Below, in pieces: positions 8,829 through 19,129 of a stretch of DNA of 64,000 nt; the first letter of the stretch is position 1; each line of letters begins with the position of its first letter. Location of the stretch: positions 1,602 to 65,601 of the forward strand of contig MGTX01000001.1 in assembly GCA_001799675.1 (NCBI GenBank). Direction: 5' to 3'. This DNA comes from Elusimicrobia bacterium GWA2_66_18 (GTDB lineage: Bacteria > Elusimicrobiota > Elusimicrobia > UBA1565 > UBA9628). The notes beneath the pieces are model-generated. The model was not told the origin of the DNA. It made no database searches and worked only from the letters and a program-made list of their open reading frames with translations. A program made the translations under genes and the position numbers.

Positions 8829-11525
8829 ATGAAAGAAAAGCAAGGATTCCTACTCGACGCGGCTATCGGACTTGTCTTGACCCTCGTCGTGGCCGGGAGC
8901 TACCTGACCGGCGAGTCCTTCCTGGCCGGCGTCGAGTTTAAGGCCTACGACCTCCGCGCCAAGCTCCGCCAGACGCTGAAGTCCCCGGACGAGATCGTCC
9001 TCGTCACCATCGACGACGAGTCCATCGCCCAACTGGGACGGTGGCCCTGGCCGCGCACGCGCGTCGCGGCGGCCCTGGACCGCATCTCCGCGGCGGGCCC
9101 CAAGGTTATCGGGCTCAACGTCCTCTTCTCCGAGCCCGAGCAGAACCTGGGGCTCATCGAGGTCAAACGTCTGGAGGAGCGCTACCGGGAACTCCTGTCC
9201 GACAAGAAGGTCGTGCAGAAGGGCGCCGACTTCACCGTTGAGTTCGCTTCCGCCGCCGCGGCCCTGGATTCGGACTCCAAGCTCCTGGCCTCCATCCGCT
9301 CCGCCGGCGACGTGGTGATGCCGCTCTTCTTCGCGCCGAACACGACCCACTCCAAGGTCGTGCCTGCTCCCGCCGAGATATCCAGTTCCGCGGTTCACGC
9401 CCAAGTGTCCGCCGACGCGGGGGTGACGACCCTTGAGAAGATGATCCCTCCCGTGCCCGCCTTCGCCGAGGCGTCGGCGGGCCTCGGGCACTCCAACCTC
9501 TTCGTTGAGGGCGACGGCGTGTTCCGCAGGGACGCGCCGCTGGTGCTCTACGATGGGGCCCTCTATCCCTCCTATGCTCTGCGTCTGGCCATGGCCTACT
9601 ATGGCCTGTCGCCTGCGGATGTGAAGTTCGTGCCGGGAGTCGAGCTCGCGGCGGGCCCCCTGCGCATCCCGCTCGACGGCGACAGCATGATGGCGGTCAC
9701 CTTCCTCGGTCCGCCTACCGCCGACACCATCAAGCGCGCATCCTTCCAGGCGGTGATGGGCGGCAACGTCTCTCCCGACTTCTTCAAGGACCGCATCGTC
9801 CTCATCGGCCCGACCGCTCTCGGCGTGGGCAGCAACTACATGACCCCGGTCGCCGGGGAGTTCACGTCCGTGGAGGTCGTCGCGCACGAGATCGAGAACA
9901 TGCTCCATAATCGTTTCCTCACGCGTCCGCCCTGGGCGCAGCAGTTGGAGTGGGGGATGATCGCGGTCCTCGGCTTCTTCATCATGTTCGTTCTGCCGCG
10001 CCTGCGCGCCTTCTGGGGCCTCATCGTCAGCCTCATCCTGGCCCTGGCCGTGCTCGGCGCGGGCACCTACTTCTTCGCCGCGGCGGGGCAGTGGGTCAAG
10101 ATCGGCTATGCGCTGGCCCTCCTGACCGCCGGCTACCTAGTGGTGGTCTCCAAGAGCTTCCTCGTCACGGAGAAGGGCAAGGAACTCGTCGAGGCCTCGG
10201 CCATCGAGACGAACAAGATGCTGGGCCTTTCCTTCCAGGGGCAGGGAATGTTCGACTTGGCCTTCGAGAAGTTTCGTCTCTGCCCTCTCGACGACAACCT
10301 CAAGGACACGCTCTATAACCTGGCCCTCGACTTCGAGCGCAAGCGGCAGTTCTCCAAGGCTGCGGCCGTTCTCGACCACATCGCGGCCAAGGACCCGAAA
10401 TATAAAGACATCGCCGCGAAAGCGGCGATGCTCAAGGCCGCCTCCGAAGGGGCCGTCTTCGGCGGCGTGGGCGGGAGCAGGAAGGACGGCACCGTGTTGA
10501 TCGCCGGCGGCGCGACCAAGCCCACGCTCGGCCGCTACGAGATCGAGAAGGAATTGGGTCGGGGGGCCATGGGCGTAGTCTATCTCGGACGCGATCCGAA
10601 GATCAACCGCATGGTCGCCATCAAGACAATGATGCTCGAAGAAGGCGGTGATGGCGAGACGACCAAACAGGTCAAGGAGCGCTTCTTCCGCGAGGCCGAG
10701 TCGGCTGGCACGCTCAACCACCCGAATATCGTGCGCATCTTCGATGCCGGCGATGAGAACGAGGTGGCCTACATCGCCATGGAGCTTCTCGACGGTCACG
10801 ACCTAGTCAAGTACGGGACCAAGGAAGGACTCCTTCCTCTGGACAAGGCCCTCGAATATATGGCCACGGTCGCCGACGCGCTGGACTACGCCCACGCCCA
10901 GGGCATCGTGCACCGCGACATCAAGCCCGCAAACATCATGCTGCTCAAGGACGGCTCGATTCGGGTGGCCGACTTCGGCATCGCGCGTATCACCGCGTCC
11001 TCCAAAACCGCGACGGGCACGGTCATGGGCACGCCCTCGTACATGAGCCCCGAGCAGGTGGCGGGCAAGAAAGTCGACGGCCGCTCCGATCTCTTCTCCC
11101 TGAGCACCGCTCTCTTTGAGCTTGTCACCGGAGAGAAACCTTTCAAAGGCGGCGACGGCATCGGCACGCTCCTCTTCCAGATCGCCAACGACCCGCATCC
11201 GGACCCCGTCGCGCTCAAGCCCGGCCTGCCGGCTTCGTTGAAGGCCGTCATCGACAAGGGCCTCGCCAAGAACCCGGACCAGCGCTTCCAGCGCGGCTGC
11301 GAGATGGCCGCGGCGCTGCGCGCCGTGCTGGCCGAGTTGAAGGGGGGTGCTTCCGCCGAGACCGTCCCGAATCCGGACAAGACGGCCTCCATCGGCCCCG
11401 AGATCATCATCCCGGGCATCAACGATCTGCCCAAGCCCGCTGCGGAGGCCACGGTGCGCATCAAGCCGGCCCAGAGTCCTGACGAGACCGTCCGTCTCAC
11501 GCCGAACATTCAGGAGCCGATATGA
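8829..11525 (+). CDS. CHASE2-domain membrane Ser/Thr protein kinase
   Basis: IDDESIAQLGRWPWPR CHASE2, 3 TMs, TPR-like linker, LGRGAMGVVY, HRDIKPAN, DFG, GTPSYMSPEQ. Confidence 0.93.
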   Translation: MKEKQGFLLDAAIGLVLTLVVAGSYLTGESFLAGVEFKAYDLRAKLRQTLKSPDEIVLVTIDDESIAQLGRWPWPRTRVAAALDRISAAGPKVIGLNVLFSEPEQNLGLIEVKRLEERYRELLSDKKVVQKGADFTVEFASAAAALDSDSKLLASIRSAGDVVMPLFFAPNTTHSKVVPAPAEISSSAVHAQVSADAGVTTLEKMIPPVPAFAEASAGLGHSNLFVEGDGVFRRDAPLVLYDGALYPSYALRLAMAYYGLSPADVKFVPGVELAAGPLRIPLDGDSMMAVTFLGPPTADTIKRASFQAVMGGNVSPDFFKDRIVLIGPTALGVGSNYMTPVAGEFTSVEVVAHEIENMLHNRFLTRPPWAQQLEWGMIAVLGFFIMFVLPRLRAFWGLIVSLILALAVLGAGTYFFAAAGQWVKIGYALALLTAGYLVVVSKSFLVTEKGKELVEASAIETNKMLGLSFQGQGMFDLAFEKFRLCPLDDNLKDTLYNLALDFERKRQFSKAAAVLDHIAAKDPKYKDIAAKAAMLKAASEGAVFGGVGGSRKDGTVLIAGGATKPTLGRYEIEKELGRGAMGVVYLGRDPKINRMVAIKTMMLEEGGDGETTKQVKERFFREAESAGTLNHPNIVRIFDAGDENEVAYIAMELLDGHDLVKYGTKEGLLPLDKALEYMATVADALDYAHAQGIVHRDIKPANIMLLKDGSIRVADFGIARITASSKTATGTVMGTPSYMSPEQVAGKKVDGRSDLFSLSTALFELVTGEKPFKGGDGIGTLLFQIANDPHPDPVALKPGLPASLKAVIDKGLAKNPDQRFQRGCEMAAALRAVLAELKGGASAETVPNPDKTASIGPEIIIPGINDLPKPAAEATVRIKPAQSPDETVRLTPNIQEPI

Positions 11526-12412
11526 GGACCCAGGACGGCATCGAGACCTCGGGCGCGACCGATCCCGGATGCGTGCGAAAGAACAATGAGGACAATTTCG
11601 CCATCGAGCCGGAACTGGGCCTGCTGATTGTGGCCGACGGCATGGGCGGTCACAACTCCGGCGAGGTCGCCAGCGGCCTCGCGACCAAGGAGATCGCCCA
11701 CTACGCTCGCCAGATGCTCGGAGGTGAGAAGGTGCTGGTCCCCGAGGGCGGCACGCCGGGGCTGTCCGCCCGCGGCCGTCAGCTCGAGCTCTTCGTGAAG
11801 AGCGCCAACACTATAATCTACGAGAGGGGCCGGAACTATCCCAAGGATGCCGGGATGGGCACCACGGTGGTCGCGGTGCTGCTTGACGCCAAGTCCATGA
11901 CCGTTGCGCACGTGGGAGACAGCAGACTCTACCTGTGGCGCCAAAGGGAATTATCCCAACTTACTGAGGACCATTCTCTCGTGGTCGAGATGGTCAAGCG
12001 GGGGCAGATGACGGCCGATGACGCGTTGCGCTCGCCCCAGCAGAATATGCTGACCCGCGCCCTTGGGGCCGAGGGGGAGGTCCAGGTGGACGTAGCGGAA
12101 CACCCGCTCCTGCCGGGAGACTTGGTCCTGCTGGCGACCGACGGCCTCGCCAAGATGGTGTCCGACGCGGAGGTCGCGCGTGTCATTGAGTCTGAGGGCG
12201 ATGTCCGGAAGATCGTGGCCGCGCTCATCGCCAGGTCCCGCGCTGCAGGTGGGGTCGACAACGTTACGGTGGTCGCCGCGCGCGTACCGGCGCGCTGCGA
12301 GGGCTGGGTTGAGGGCCTAGTCTCGCGGTTATTCGGGCGAAGATGGGAAGATGGGGTCAGGCTTTCAAATCTTTCAAATTCCAAAGGGAATTTGAAAGAT
12401 TTGAAAGCCTGA
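11522..12412 (+). CDS. PP2C-family (Stp1/PrpC-like) Ser/Thr phosphatase
   Basis: RKNNED, VADGMGGH, GMGTT, HVGDSR, ATDGL, GGVDNVT. Confidence 0.93.
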   Translation: MRTQDGIETSGATDPGCVRKNNEDNFAIEPELGLLIVADGMGGHNSGEVASGLATKEIAHYARQMLGGEKVLVPEGGTPGLSARGRQLELFVKSANTIIYERGRNYPKDAGMGTTVVAVLLDAKSMTVAHVGDSRLYLWRQRELSQLTEDHSLVVEMVKRGQMTADDALRSPQQNMLTRALGAEGEVQVDVAEHPLLPGDLVLLATDGLAKMVSDAEVARVIESEGDVRKIVAALIARSRAAGGVDNVTVVAARVPARCEGWVEGLVSRLFGRRWEDGVRLSNLSNSKGNLKDLKA

Positions 12413-12419
12413 CCCCATC
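12350..12419. repeat. Perfect 33-bp inverted repeat (REP/MITE-like palindrome)
   Basis: GATGGGGTCAGGCTTTCAAATCTTTCAAATTCC-aaag-GGAATTTGAAAGATTTGAAAGCCTGACCCCATC. Confidence 0.9.
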
Positions 12420-12439
12420 CACATCCACAGGAGAACGCG

Positions 12440-13168
12440 ATGCCGAAGCTCTTGCTGAAGTTCAACGCTGCGGTCATTAAGGAGATCCCTTTCGACAAGG
12501 ACTCCCTCAGCGTCGGGCGCAAGTCCGACAACGACATCGTCATCGACAACCCCGCCATCTCGGGACATCACTGCCGCATCGTCCGCCAAGGCGGGACCTC
12601 CTTCGTCGAGGACCTTGAATCCACCAACGGGACCTTCGTCAACGAGAGGCGCATCAAGCAGTCGGGCCTTCATCACAACGACGTGATCGGGCTCGCGAAG
12701 CATGCCCTCGTCTTCATTGAGGACGCTCCTCCACCCGAGGACGCTCCCGCCCCGGCCGCCGGGCCAGCCGGCGACGCGACGATGGTGATCTCTCCGCAGA
12801 AGCAGGCGGAACTGGTGGCGGCCTCCACCGGCTTGGCCAAGCCGGTCGGCCTGACGAAGACGGGCTGGCTGCGCGTGCTCAAGGGCGCCGTCGGTCCTTC
12901 CGAGCACGAGCTCAAGGGTATGTCCACATATATCGGCAAGTCCGACCGGGTGCAGATCCAGATCAAGGGCTCGGGCCTGTTCGGTTCGGCCCCCGAGGTT
13001 GCCGCCTCGGTGCACCGCAAACCCGAGGGCTTCGTGTTGGTGGCCGTGACGGGCGGCTATCCTGTCGTCAACGGCAGCAAGGTCGCCGGCTCCGTCGTCC
13101 TTAATGAGGGCGACATCATCGACTGCGGCGCGACGACCATGCAGTTCGAGCTGCGCGACGCGGCCTGA
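12440..13168 (+). CDS. FHA-domain protein (N-terminal FHA plus second FHA-like domain)
   Basis: VGRKSDNDIVIDNPAISGHH, DLESTNGTFVN; GGAG RBS. Confidence 0.9.
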   Translation: MPKLLLKFNAAVIKEIPFDKDSLSVGRKSDNDIVIDNPAISGHHCRIVRQGGTSFVEDLESTNGTFVNERRIKQSGLHHNDVIGLAKHALVFIEDAPPPEDAPAPAAGPAGDATMVISPQKQAELVAASTGLAKPVGLTKTGWLRVLKGAVGPSEHELKGMSTYIGKSDRVQIQIKGSGLFGSAPEVAASVHRKPEGFVLVAVTGGYPVVNGSKVAGSVVLNEGDIIDCGATTMQFELRDAA

Positions 13169-13270
13169 GCCTGAAGTAATTTTCATCATACCAGTTCCGA
13201 TGGGAACTCCACCGTATTGTTTGACCTGAATCAATTGTATCCGGACGGCTTGCGGGAGTAGAATAAGAGC

Positions 13271-15160
13271 ATGAGCGACATTTCCACTAAGCCCAAGCAG
13301 TCCACCTCGACTCAGATCGAAGTGATCGAATCCGCCGTGATCCGTTTCGCGGGAGATTCCGGCGACGGGATCCAGTTGACCGGATCCCAGTTCACGACGG
13401 CGACGGCTTTCGCCGGCAACGATCTCTCCACTTTCCCCGACTATCCTGCCGAGATCCGTGCCCCCGTGGGGACGGTCGCGGGCGTGTCCGGCTTCCAGAT
13501 CCAGTTCGCCTCGCGCGAGGTCCTCACCCCCGGCGACGCGCCGGACGTGCTGGTGGCGATGAACCCGGCCGCGCTCAAGGCCAACAGCAAGGACGTCAAG
13601 AAGGGCGGGATCCTCATCGTTAATAAGGACGCCTTCACCCCTATGAACCTTCAGAAGGCGGGCTATGAAAAGAACCCTCTCGAGGACGGTTCGCTCTCCG
13701 ACTGGCGCGTCATCCCCGTCGAACTCACTCGTCTGACCCGCAATGCGCTCGAAGGGCTGGGTCTGACGGCCGCGCAGACCGAGCGGTGCAAGAATTTCTT
13801 CGCGCTGGGCATTGCGTACTGGCTCTACGACCGGCCGCTGGAGGCCACCGTGCGCTGGATCGAGGGCAAGTTCAAGAAGAACCCCGTTTTCGTCGAGGCC
13901 AATAAGAAGGCCCTCCACGAGGGCAACAGCTACGCGGAGACCGCGGAGATATTCGGCCGGCACTACTGCGTGCGCAAAGCGCCCATCAAGCCCGGCGTCT
14001 ATCGCAACATCACCGGCAACGAGGCGTGCGCTCTCGGCCTCGTCGCGGCGTCTCAAGCGTCAGGACTGGCACTGTGGTACGGCTCCTACCCCATCACTCC
14101 GGCTTCGGACGTGCTGCATGAGTTGTCGAAGTGCAAGAACTTCGGAGTCAAGACCTTCCAGGCCGAAGATGAGATCGCGGCCATCGGCTCGGCCATCGGC
14201 GCGTCCTTCGCGGGACTGCTGGCGGCCACCGGGACCTCGGGTCCCGGCGTCGCCTTGAAGACCGAGGCCATCGGCCTGGCGGTCATGACGGAGCTGCCGT
14301 TGGTGATCCTCAACGTCCAACGCGGGGGACCCTCCACGGGCCTTCCGACCAAGACCGAGCAGTCGGACCTCTTCCAGGCGATCTACGGCCGCAACGGCGA
14401 CTGTCCCCTCCCGGTGCTGGCGGCCGCCACGCCCGGCGACTGCTTCGCCATGGCCTATGAGGCCTGCCGCCTGGCCATCAAGTACATGACCCCGGTCATC
14501 CTGCTGACCGACGGCTACTTGGCCAACGGTTCCGAGCCCTGGCTGGTTCCCGGCGCGGCGGCACTGCCGAAGTTCGAGAAGAGGACCTTGCTCTCGCCGG
14601 CGGAGTACAAGCCCTACCAGCGAGATCCGCAGACCCTGGCCCGCTCATGGGCCACCCCCGGCGCGAAGGCCTACGAGCATCGCCTGGGCGGACTTGAGAA
14701 GCAGGACGTGACGGGGACGATTTCCTACGACGGCGACAACCATGAGAAAATGGTCCGCCTGCGGGCCGCCAAGGTCAACAAGCTGACGCAGGACATCCCT
14801 CCCACCGAGATCCTCGGCGAGAAGAAGGGCCAAATCCTGCTCGTGGGCTGGGGCGGGACGTACGGCTCCATCACGGCGGCCGTTCAGAACCTGCAGAAGC
14901 GCGGCGAGAAGGTTTCCTCCATACACCTGCGCCATCTCAACCCGTTGCCGCCGGACCTGGGCGGCATCCTGTCCGGCTTCGAGCGCGTTCTGGTGCCGGA
15001 GCTCAACATGGGCCAGTTGCTCAAAGTCCTGAGGGCCGAGTATCTGGTCCCGGCGACCGGCTACAATAAGATCAAGGGACAGGCCTTCAAGGTCGTCGAG
15101 ATCGAGGAGGCCGTCGACGTAATTCTTGAGGATCTCAAGAAGAAGGGGGGGAAGAACTGA
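13271..15160 (+). CDS. korA: 2-oxoacid:acceptor oxidoreductase alpha subunit (probably 2-oxoglutarate)
   Basis: FAGDSGDG, YPITPAS, QAEDEIAA, QRGGPSTGLPTK; adjacent to sucCD. Confidence 0.9.
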   Translation: MSDISTKPKQSTSTQIEVIESAVIRFAGDSGDGIQLTGSQFTTATAFAGNDLSTFPDYPAEIRAPVGTVAGVSGFQIQFASREVLTPGDAPDVLVAMNPAALKANSKDVKKGGILIVNKDAFTPMNLQKAGYEKNPLEDGSLSDWRVIPVELTRLTRNALEGLGLTAAQTERCKNFFALGIAYWLYDRPLEATVRWIEGKFKKNPVFVEANKKALHEGNSYAETAEIFGRHYCVRKAPIKPGVYRNITGNEACALGLVAASQASGLALWYGSYPITPASDVLHELSKCKNFGVKTFQAEDEIAAIGSAIGASFAGLLAATGTSGPGVALKTEAIGLAVMTELPLVILNVQRGGPSTGLPTKTEQSDLFQAIYGRNGDCPLPVLAAATPGDCFAMAYEACRLAIKYMTPVILLTDGYLANGSEPWLVPGAAALPKFEKRTLLSPAEYKPYQRDPQTLARSWATPGAKAYEHRLGGLEKQDVTGTISYDGDNHEKMVRLRAAKVNKLTQDIPPTEILGEKKGQILLVGWGGTYGSITAAVQNLQKRGEKVSSIHLRHLNPLPPDLGGILSGFERVLVPELNMGQLLKVLRAEYLVPATGYNKIKGQAFKVVEIEEAVDVILEDLKKKGGKN

Positions 15161-15161
15161 C

Positions 15162-16196
15162 ATGGCCGACACTCTAGACGAGATCGAGACCTTGCCCGGC
15201 TCCGGGCCCATGCTGCAGGCCAAGGACTTCAAGTCGGATCAGATGGTCCGCTGGTGCCCGGGTTGCGGCGACTTCGCCATTCTCTCCGCGGTCCAGAAGG
15301 TCCTGCCGACCCTCGGTATTCCGAAGGAGAAGATCGTGTTCGTGTCCGGCATCGGATGCTCCTCACGTTTTCCGTACTACATGAACACCTTCGGCTTCCA
15401 TACCATCCACGGCCGCGCCCTGACGGTCGCCACGGGCGTCAAATGCTCCAACCCGGACCTGCAGGTCTGGGTGGTGACCGGTGATGGAGACGGACTGTCC
15501 ATCGGAGGCAACCACCTCCTCCACGCCCTACGACGCAACGTCGACCTTAAGGTCCTCCTGTTCAACAACCGGATATACGGCCTGACCAAGGGCCAGTACT
15601 CGCCGACCTCGGAACTTGGCAAAAAGACGAAGTCCTCCCCCATGGGCACCATCGACATCCCCCTGAACCCGATTGCGGTGGCGTTGTCTTGCGAGGCGAG
15701 CTTCGTGGCGCGCGCGGTGGACACGGACCTTCCCTTCCTCTCGGAGGTTCTGACCCGTGCTGCCAAGCACAAGGGCTCCGCCTTCGTCGAGATCTTCCAG
15801 AACTGCATTGTCTTCAACGACGGCGCCTGGGACTCCGTGACGGCAAAGGGAGTGCGCGAGGAGAAGATGCTGAAACTCGCGCATGGCAAGCCGATGATCT
15901 TCGGCTCCAAGAAGGACAAGGGCATCCGTCTCAAGGGCCTCGAGCCAGAGGTCGTGACCTTCGATCCCGCCGTTGTTCCCAAGGACCTCCTCATCCACGA
16001 CGAGAAGGCGCCGTCGGCGACGCTGGCCGATATGCTCTCGCACATGAGAGAGCCCGTGCCGCAGGGAGTTTTCCGCGACGTTGCGCGCCCGACTCTCCAT
16101 GAGCTTATGGATGGGCAAATCGCGCAGGCCAAGACCGTGCCTCCCGATCTAGAGAAGCTTTTCAAGGGCCCAGAGGCGTGGACCGTCACGACCTAG
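15162..16196 (+). CDS. korB: 2-oxoacid:ferredoxin oxidoreductase beta subunit
   Basis: WCPGCGD, SGIGCS, GDGD...IGGNH...NNRIYGLTKGQ TPP motif. Confidence 0.92.
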   Translation: MADTLDEIETLPGSGPMLQAKDFKSDQMVRWCPGCGDFAILSAVQKVLPTLGIPKEKIVFVSGIGCSSRFPYYMNTFGFHTIHGRALTVATGVKCSNPDLQVWVVTGDGDGLSIGGNHLLHALRRNVDLKVLLFNNRIYGLTKGQYSPTSELGKKTKSSPMGTIDIPLNPIAVALSCEASFVARAVDTDLPFLSEVLTRAAKHKGSAFVEIFQNCIVFNDGAWDSVTAKGVREEKMLKLAHGKPMIFGSKKDKGIRLKGLEPEVVTFDPAVVPKDLLIHDEKAPSATLADMLSHMREPVPQGVFRDVARPTLHELMDGQIAQAKTVPPDLEKLFKGPEAWTVTT

Positions 16197-16209
16197 TTCC
16201 AGGAGAGAC

Positions 16210-17367
16210 ATGAAACTTCTCGAGTTCGAAGCGAAGGATATCCTGAAGGTCCGGGGCGTGCCGGTGCCCCCGAATGGCGGCGTCATCAAAAAGACCGTCC
16301 AACTGACCGCCGCGCTTAAGCGCGCGGGCCAGGCCCCCTGGGTGCTCAAGGCCCAGGTCCTGGCCGGCGGACGCGGCAAGGCCGGCGGCATCAAGCTCGC
16401 CAAGACCCCCAAAGAAGCTAAGGAATTCGCCAAAGTCATGCTCGGCATGGACCTGGCCACCCACCAGACCCACGGTCAGGCCATCAAGGTCAGGGAGCTT
16501 CTCATCGAGGGCGGCGTCAAGATCGAGCGCGAACTCTACTTCTCGGTGGTCCTGGACCGCAAGGCCGCGGCCCCGACCATCATCGCCTCGGCCCAGGGCG
16601 GCATGGAAATCGAGTCTCTGGCCGTCGAGCACCCAGAGTCCGTCATCCGTATGTCCGTGGACCCGAACGTCGGCCTGCGCGACTTCGCGGCGCGGCGCTT
16701 GGCCTTCGCCTTGGATGTCCCGATGGACCGCGTCGGCGAGTTCTGCCGCGTGGCCAAGGTCCTGGTCCAGTCGTTCATCGAGCTCGACTGCTCGCTGCTG
16801 GAGATCAACCCACTCATTCTCACACCCAAGGGCGTGATGGCCCTCGACGCCAAGATCATCATCGACGACAGCGCCCTCTTTCGCCACCCCGAGTTGGCCA
16901 AGACGGCGGACCATGAGGCCTCGGCGCTGGAAGTGGAGGCCAAGAAGGCCGACATCTCTTACGTGGGCCTCGACGGCAGCATCGGCTGCATGGTCAACGG
17001 TGCGGGCCTGGCCATGGGCACGATGGACACCATCGCGCTTGCCGGCGGCAGCCCCGCAAACTTCCTAGACGTCGGCGGCGGCGCCGACGAGGAGCGCGTC
17101 ACCCGCGCGCTGAAGATCATCCTGAAAGATAAGAAGGTCCGCGCCATCCTCATCAACATCTTCGGTGGGATCGTGAAGTGCGACATGATCGCCTCCGGAG
17201 TCGTGGCTGCGCTCAGGAAGATCAAGCTCCAGGTCCCTCTCGTGGTGAGACTTCAAGGCACCAATGTCGAGAAGGGCCAGGAGATCCTCGCCAAGTCGGG
17301 AATCCCCATCATTCAGGCGGATGATCTATGGACGGCGGCCCAGAAGGCGGTGGAGGCGGTGAAGTAA
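16210..17367 (+). CDS. sucC: Succinyl-CoA synthetase beta subunit
   Basis: [42 protein letters not shown]. Confidence 0.95.
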   Translation: MKLLEFEAKDILKVRGVPVPPNGGVIKKTVQLTAALKRAGQAPWVLKAQVLAGGRGKAGGIKLAKTPKEAKEFAKVMLGMDLATHQTHGQAIKVRELLIEGGVKIERELYFSVVLDRKAAAPTIIASAQGGMEIESLAVEHPESVIRMSVDPNVGLRDFAARRLAFALDVPMDRVGEFCRVAKVLVQSFIELDCSLLEINPLILTPKGVMALDAKIIIDDSALFRHPELAKTADHEASALEVEAKKADISYVGLDGSIGCMVNGAGLAMGTMDTIALAGGSPANFLDVGGGADEERVTRALKIILKDKKVRAILINIFGGIVKCDMIASGVVAALRKIKLQVPLVVRLQGTNVEKGQEILAKSGIPIIQADDLWTAAQKAVEAVK

Positions 17368-17368
17368 C

Positions 17369-18265
17369 ATGGCCATCATCCTCGATAAGGATTCGAAGAT
17401 CGTCGTCCAGGGCTTCACCGGTTCACAGGGCAGCTTCCACGCAAAGCAGTGCATGGATTATGGCTCACAGATCGTCGCCGGCGTGACCCCCGGCCGCGGC
17501 GGCCAGACCCACTTGGACCGGCCCGTGTTCAATACGGTCCACGATGCGGTGCGCAACACGGGCGCCTTCGTCTCGCTCATCTTCGTGCCGGCGCCGTTCG
17601 CCGCCGACTCGATCATGGAGGCCGTGGACGCCGGCTGCTCGACCATCATCAGCATCACCGAGGGCATCCCGGTCATCGATATGGCCAAGGTCAAGCGCTA
17701 TATCAATCAGCAAACCCTGTCTGGAAGAGAGATGACGCTGATCGGACCTAATTGCCCCGGCGTCATCACGCCCGGCCAGTGCAAGGCCGGCATCATGCCC
17801 GCATTCATCCACAAGCCCGGAACCATCGGCGTCATCTCGCGCTCCGGCACGCTGACCTATGAGGCCGTCGACCAACTCACTAAGCGAGGTCTGGGCCAGT
17901 CCACGGTCGTCGGCATCGGAGGCGACCCCATCGCAGGTTCGAACTTCTCCGACATCCTGGCCAAATTCGAGAAAGACGACGGCACCGACGCCATCGTCAT
18001 GATCGGCGAGATCGGAGGCTCGGCGGAAGAGGAAGCGGCCCGCTTCTTCAAGGAGAAGATGTCAAAGCCCGTCTTCGGCTTCATCGCCGGAAAGGCCGCC
18101 CCGGAGGGCCGCCGCATGGGCCATGCGGGCGCCATCATCGAGGGCGGCAGCGGCACCCACGCCTCCAAGATGAAGGCCATGCGCGAGGCCGGCATCATCA
18201 TGGTGGAGAACCTTTCCGAGATCGGCGAGACCGTCGCCAAATCCCGTCGCCCCTTGGCCGCCTAG
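17369..18265 (+). CDS. sucD: Succinyl-CoA synthetase alpha subunit
   Basis: [31 protein letters not shown]. Confidence 0.95.
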   Translation: MAIILDKDSKIVVQGFTGSQGSFHAKQCMDYGSQIVAGVTPGRGGQTHLDRPVFNTVHDAVRNTGAFVSLIFVPAPFAADSIMEAVDAGCSTIISITEGIPVIDMAKVKRYINQQTLSGREMTLIGPNCPGVITPGQCKAGIMPAFIHKPGTIGVISRSGTLTYEAVDQLTKRGLGQSTVVGIGGDPIAGSNFSDILAKFEKDDGTDAIVMIGEIGGSAEEEAARFFKEKMSKPVFGFIAGKAAPEGRRMGHAGAIIEGGSGTHASKMKAMREAGIIMVENLSEIGETVAKSRRPLAA

Positions 18266-18879
18266 CGGCCCTGACTCTTCAGATATTTCTGGACTTCGGG
18301 GTTATTCTCGGCGCCCGGGGGCAGGTTCTTGAGCAGTTCCTGCATGTCCTGGCCGCCTTCCTGCCCCACGGGGGCGGTTTGCGGGCCGTTGCCGCCCTTG
18401 AAGCCGCTGAAGCCGCGGGTCGGTTGGAGCTTCGGAGCGGAGAAGTTCTTCTTGGTCTGTTTGGGCGTGGTCTTGGCCTTCACGGCGGGCGCGGGAGGCG
18501 GAGTCGGCGCGGGCGCCGCCGGGGTTTCAGCTTTGGGCGGTTCCGGGGCCTTGGCCTTCATGTCATCGGTCATCTTAATGAAGTCCAGGGAGGAGCCGGC
18601 GGGTGACTCTGCGCGGCCGGTCGCGCGGCGGGCGGACGAGGGGGCCGAGATGTTCGAGGGAACCGCGGTCTGAGAGGGCGTGATCTTGCGCTCGGAGCCT
18701 TCCCGGCGCTCAAAAAGGTCGTTGCGGCCGCTCGGGCCGCGGACGCTGCTTGCCTCGCTCCACTTGAGGTAGATGACGCCCATCAGTGGAAGGAGGAGGC
18801 AGACCGCGCCTCCGGCGAGCAGCCAGACGGTCCTCTTCTTGCGCGTCTGCTCGTGGTCATCCGGGGCAGGGGCGGCCAT
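18262..18879 (-). CDS. Hypothetical single-pass membrane protein with Pro-rich linker
   Basis: N-terminal TM ([21 protein letters not shown]); tga-TACACT 7 nt before ATG. Confidence 0.7.
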   Translation of the reverse strand: MAAPAPDDHEQTRKKRTVWLLAGGAVCLLLPLMGVIYLKWSEASSVRGPSGRNDLFERREGSERKITPSQTAVPSNISAPSSARRATGRAESPAGSSLDFIKMTDDMKAKAPEPPKAETPAAPAPTPPPAPAVKAKTTPKQTKKNFSAPKLQPTRGFSGFKGGNGPQTAPVGQEGGQDMQELLKNLPPGAENNPEVQKYLKSQGR

Positions 18880-18930
18880 AGATGGGAGTGTATCAGGAGA
18901 CACTGGGATTGTCCAGGGGTCCAGTGGGTC

Positions 18931-18958
18931 TTGACAAAAGCAACAATTCCGTTACACT
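18931..18958 (+). promoter_or_regulatory. Sigma70-type promoter upstream of riboswitch
   Basis: TTGACA-16 nt-TACACT. Confidence 0.65.
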
Positions 18959-19051
18959 CGTAGGGTAGCATCCTATCTGCGCTACAGGCCGGGTTTGGAT
19001 CAGGGGTTGGTGATCCAAGGGCACGGTTTGGGTCGTCGGTGCCGATAGGCG

Positions 19052-19127
19052 ATAACGGCAAACTTGGCGCAAGCCAGGGGCGCAAAGCCATGACCCCCGG
19101 AGGGCCGGGGGCGTCAGGCTACCGAAC
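19052..19127 (+). ncRNA. c-di-GMP-I (GEMM) riboswitch aptamer
   Basis: GGCAAAC-TTGGC-GCAA-GCCAGGG-GCGCAAAGCC...GGCTACCGA: GNRA-capped P2, GCAAAGCC junction, P3 and 3' TACCG hallmark. Confidence 0.8.
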
Positions 19128-19129
19128 AT

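Noticed and set aside
18960..19050. Possible second tandem riboswitch in the leader
   Set aside because: Only short hairpins (GTAGC..GCTAC, GGATCA..TGATCC); no GEMM consensus
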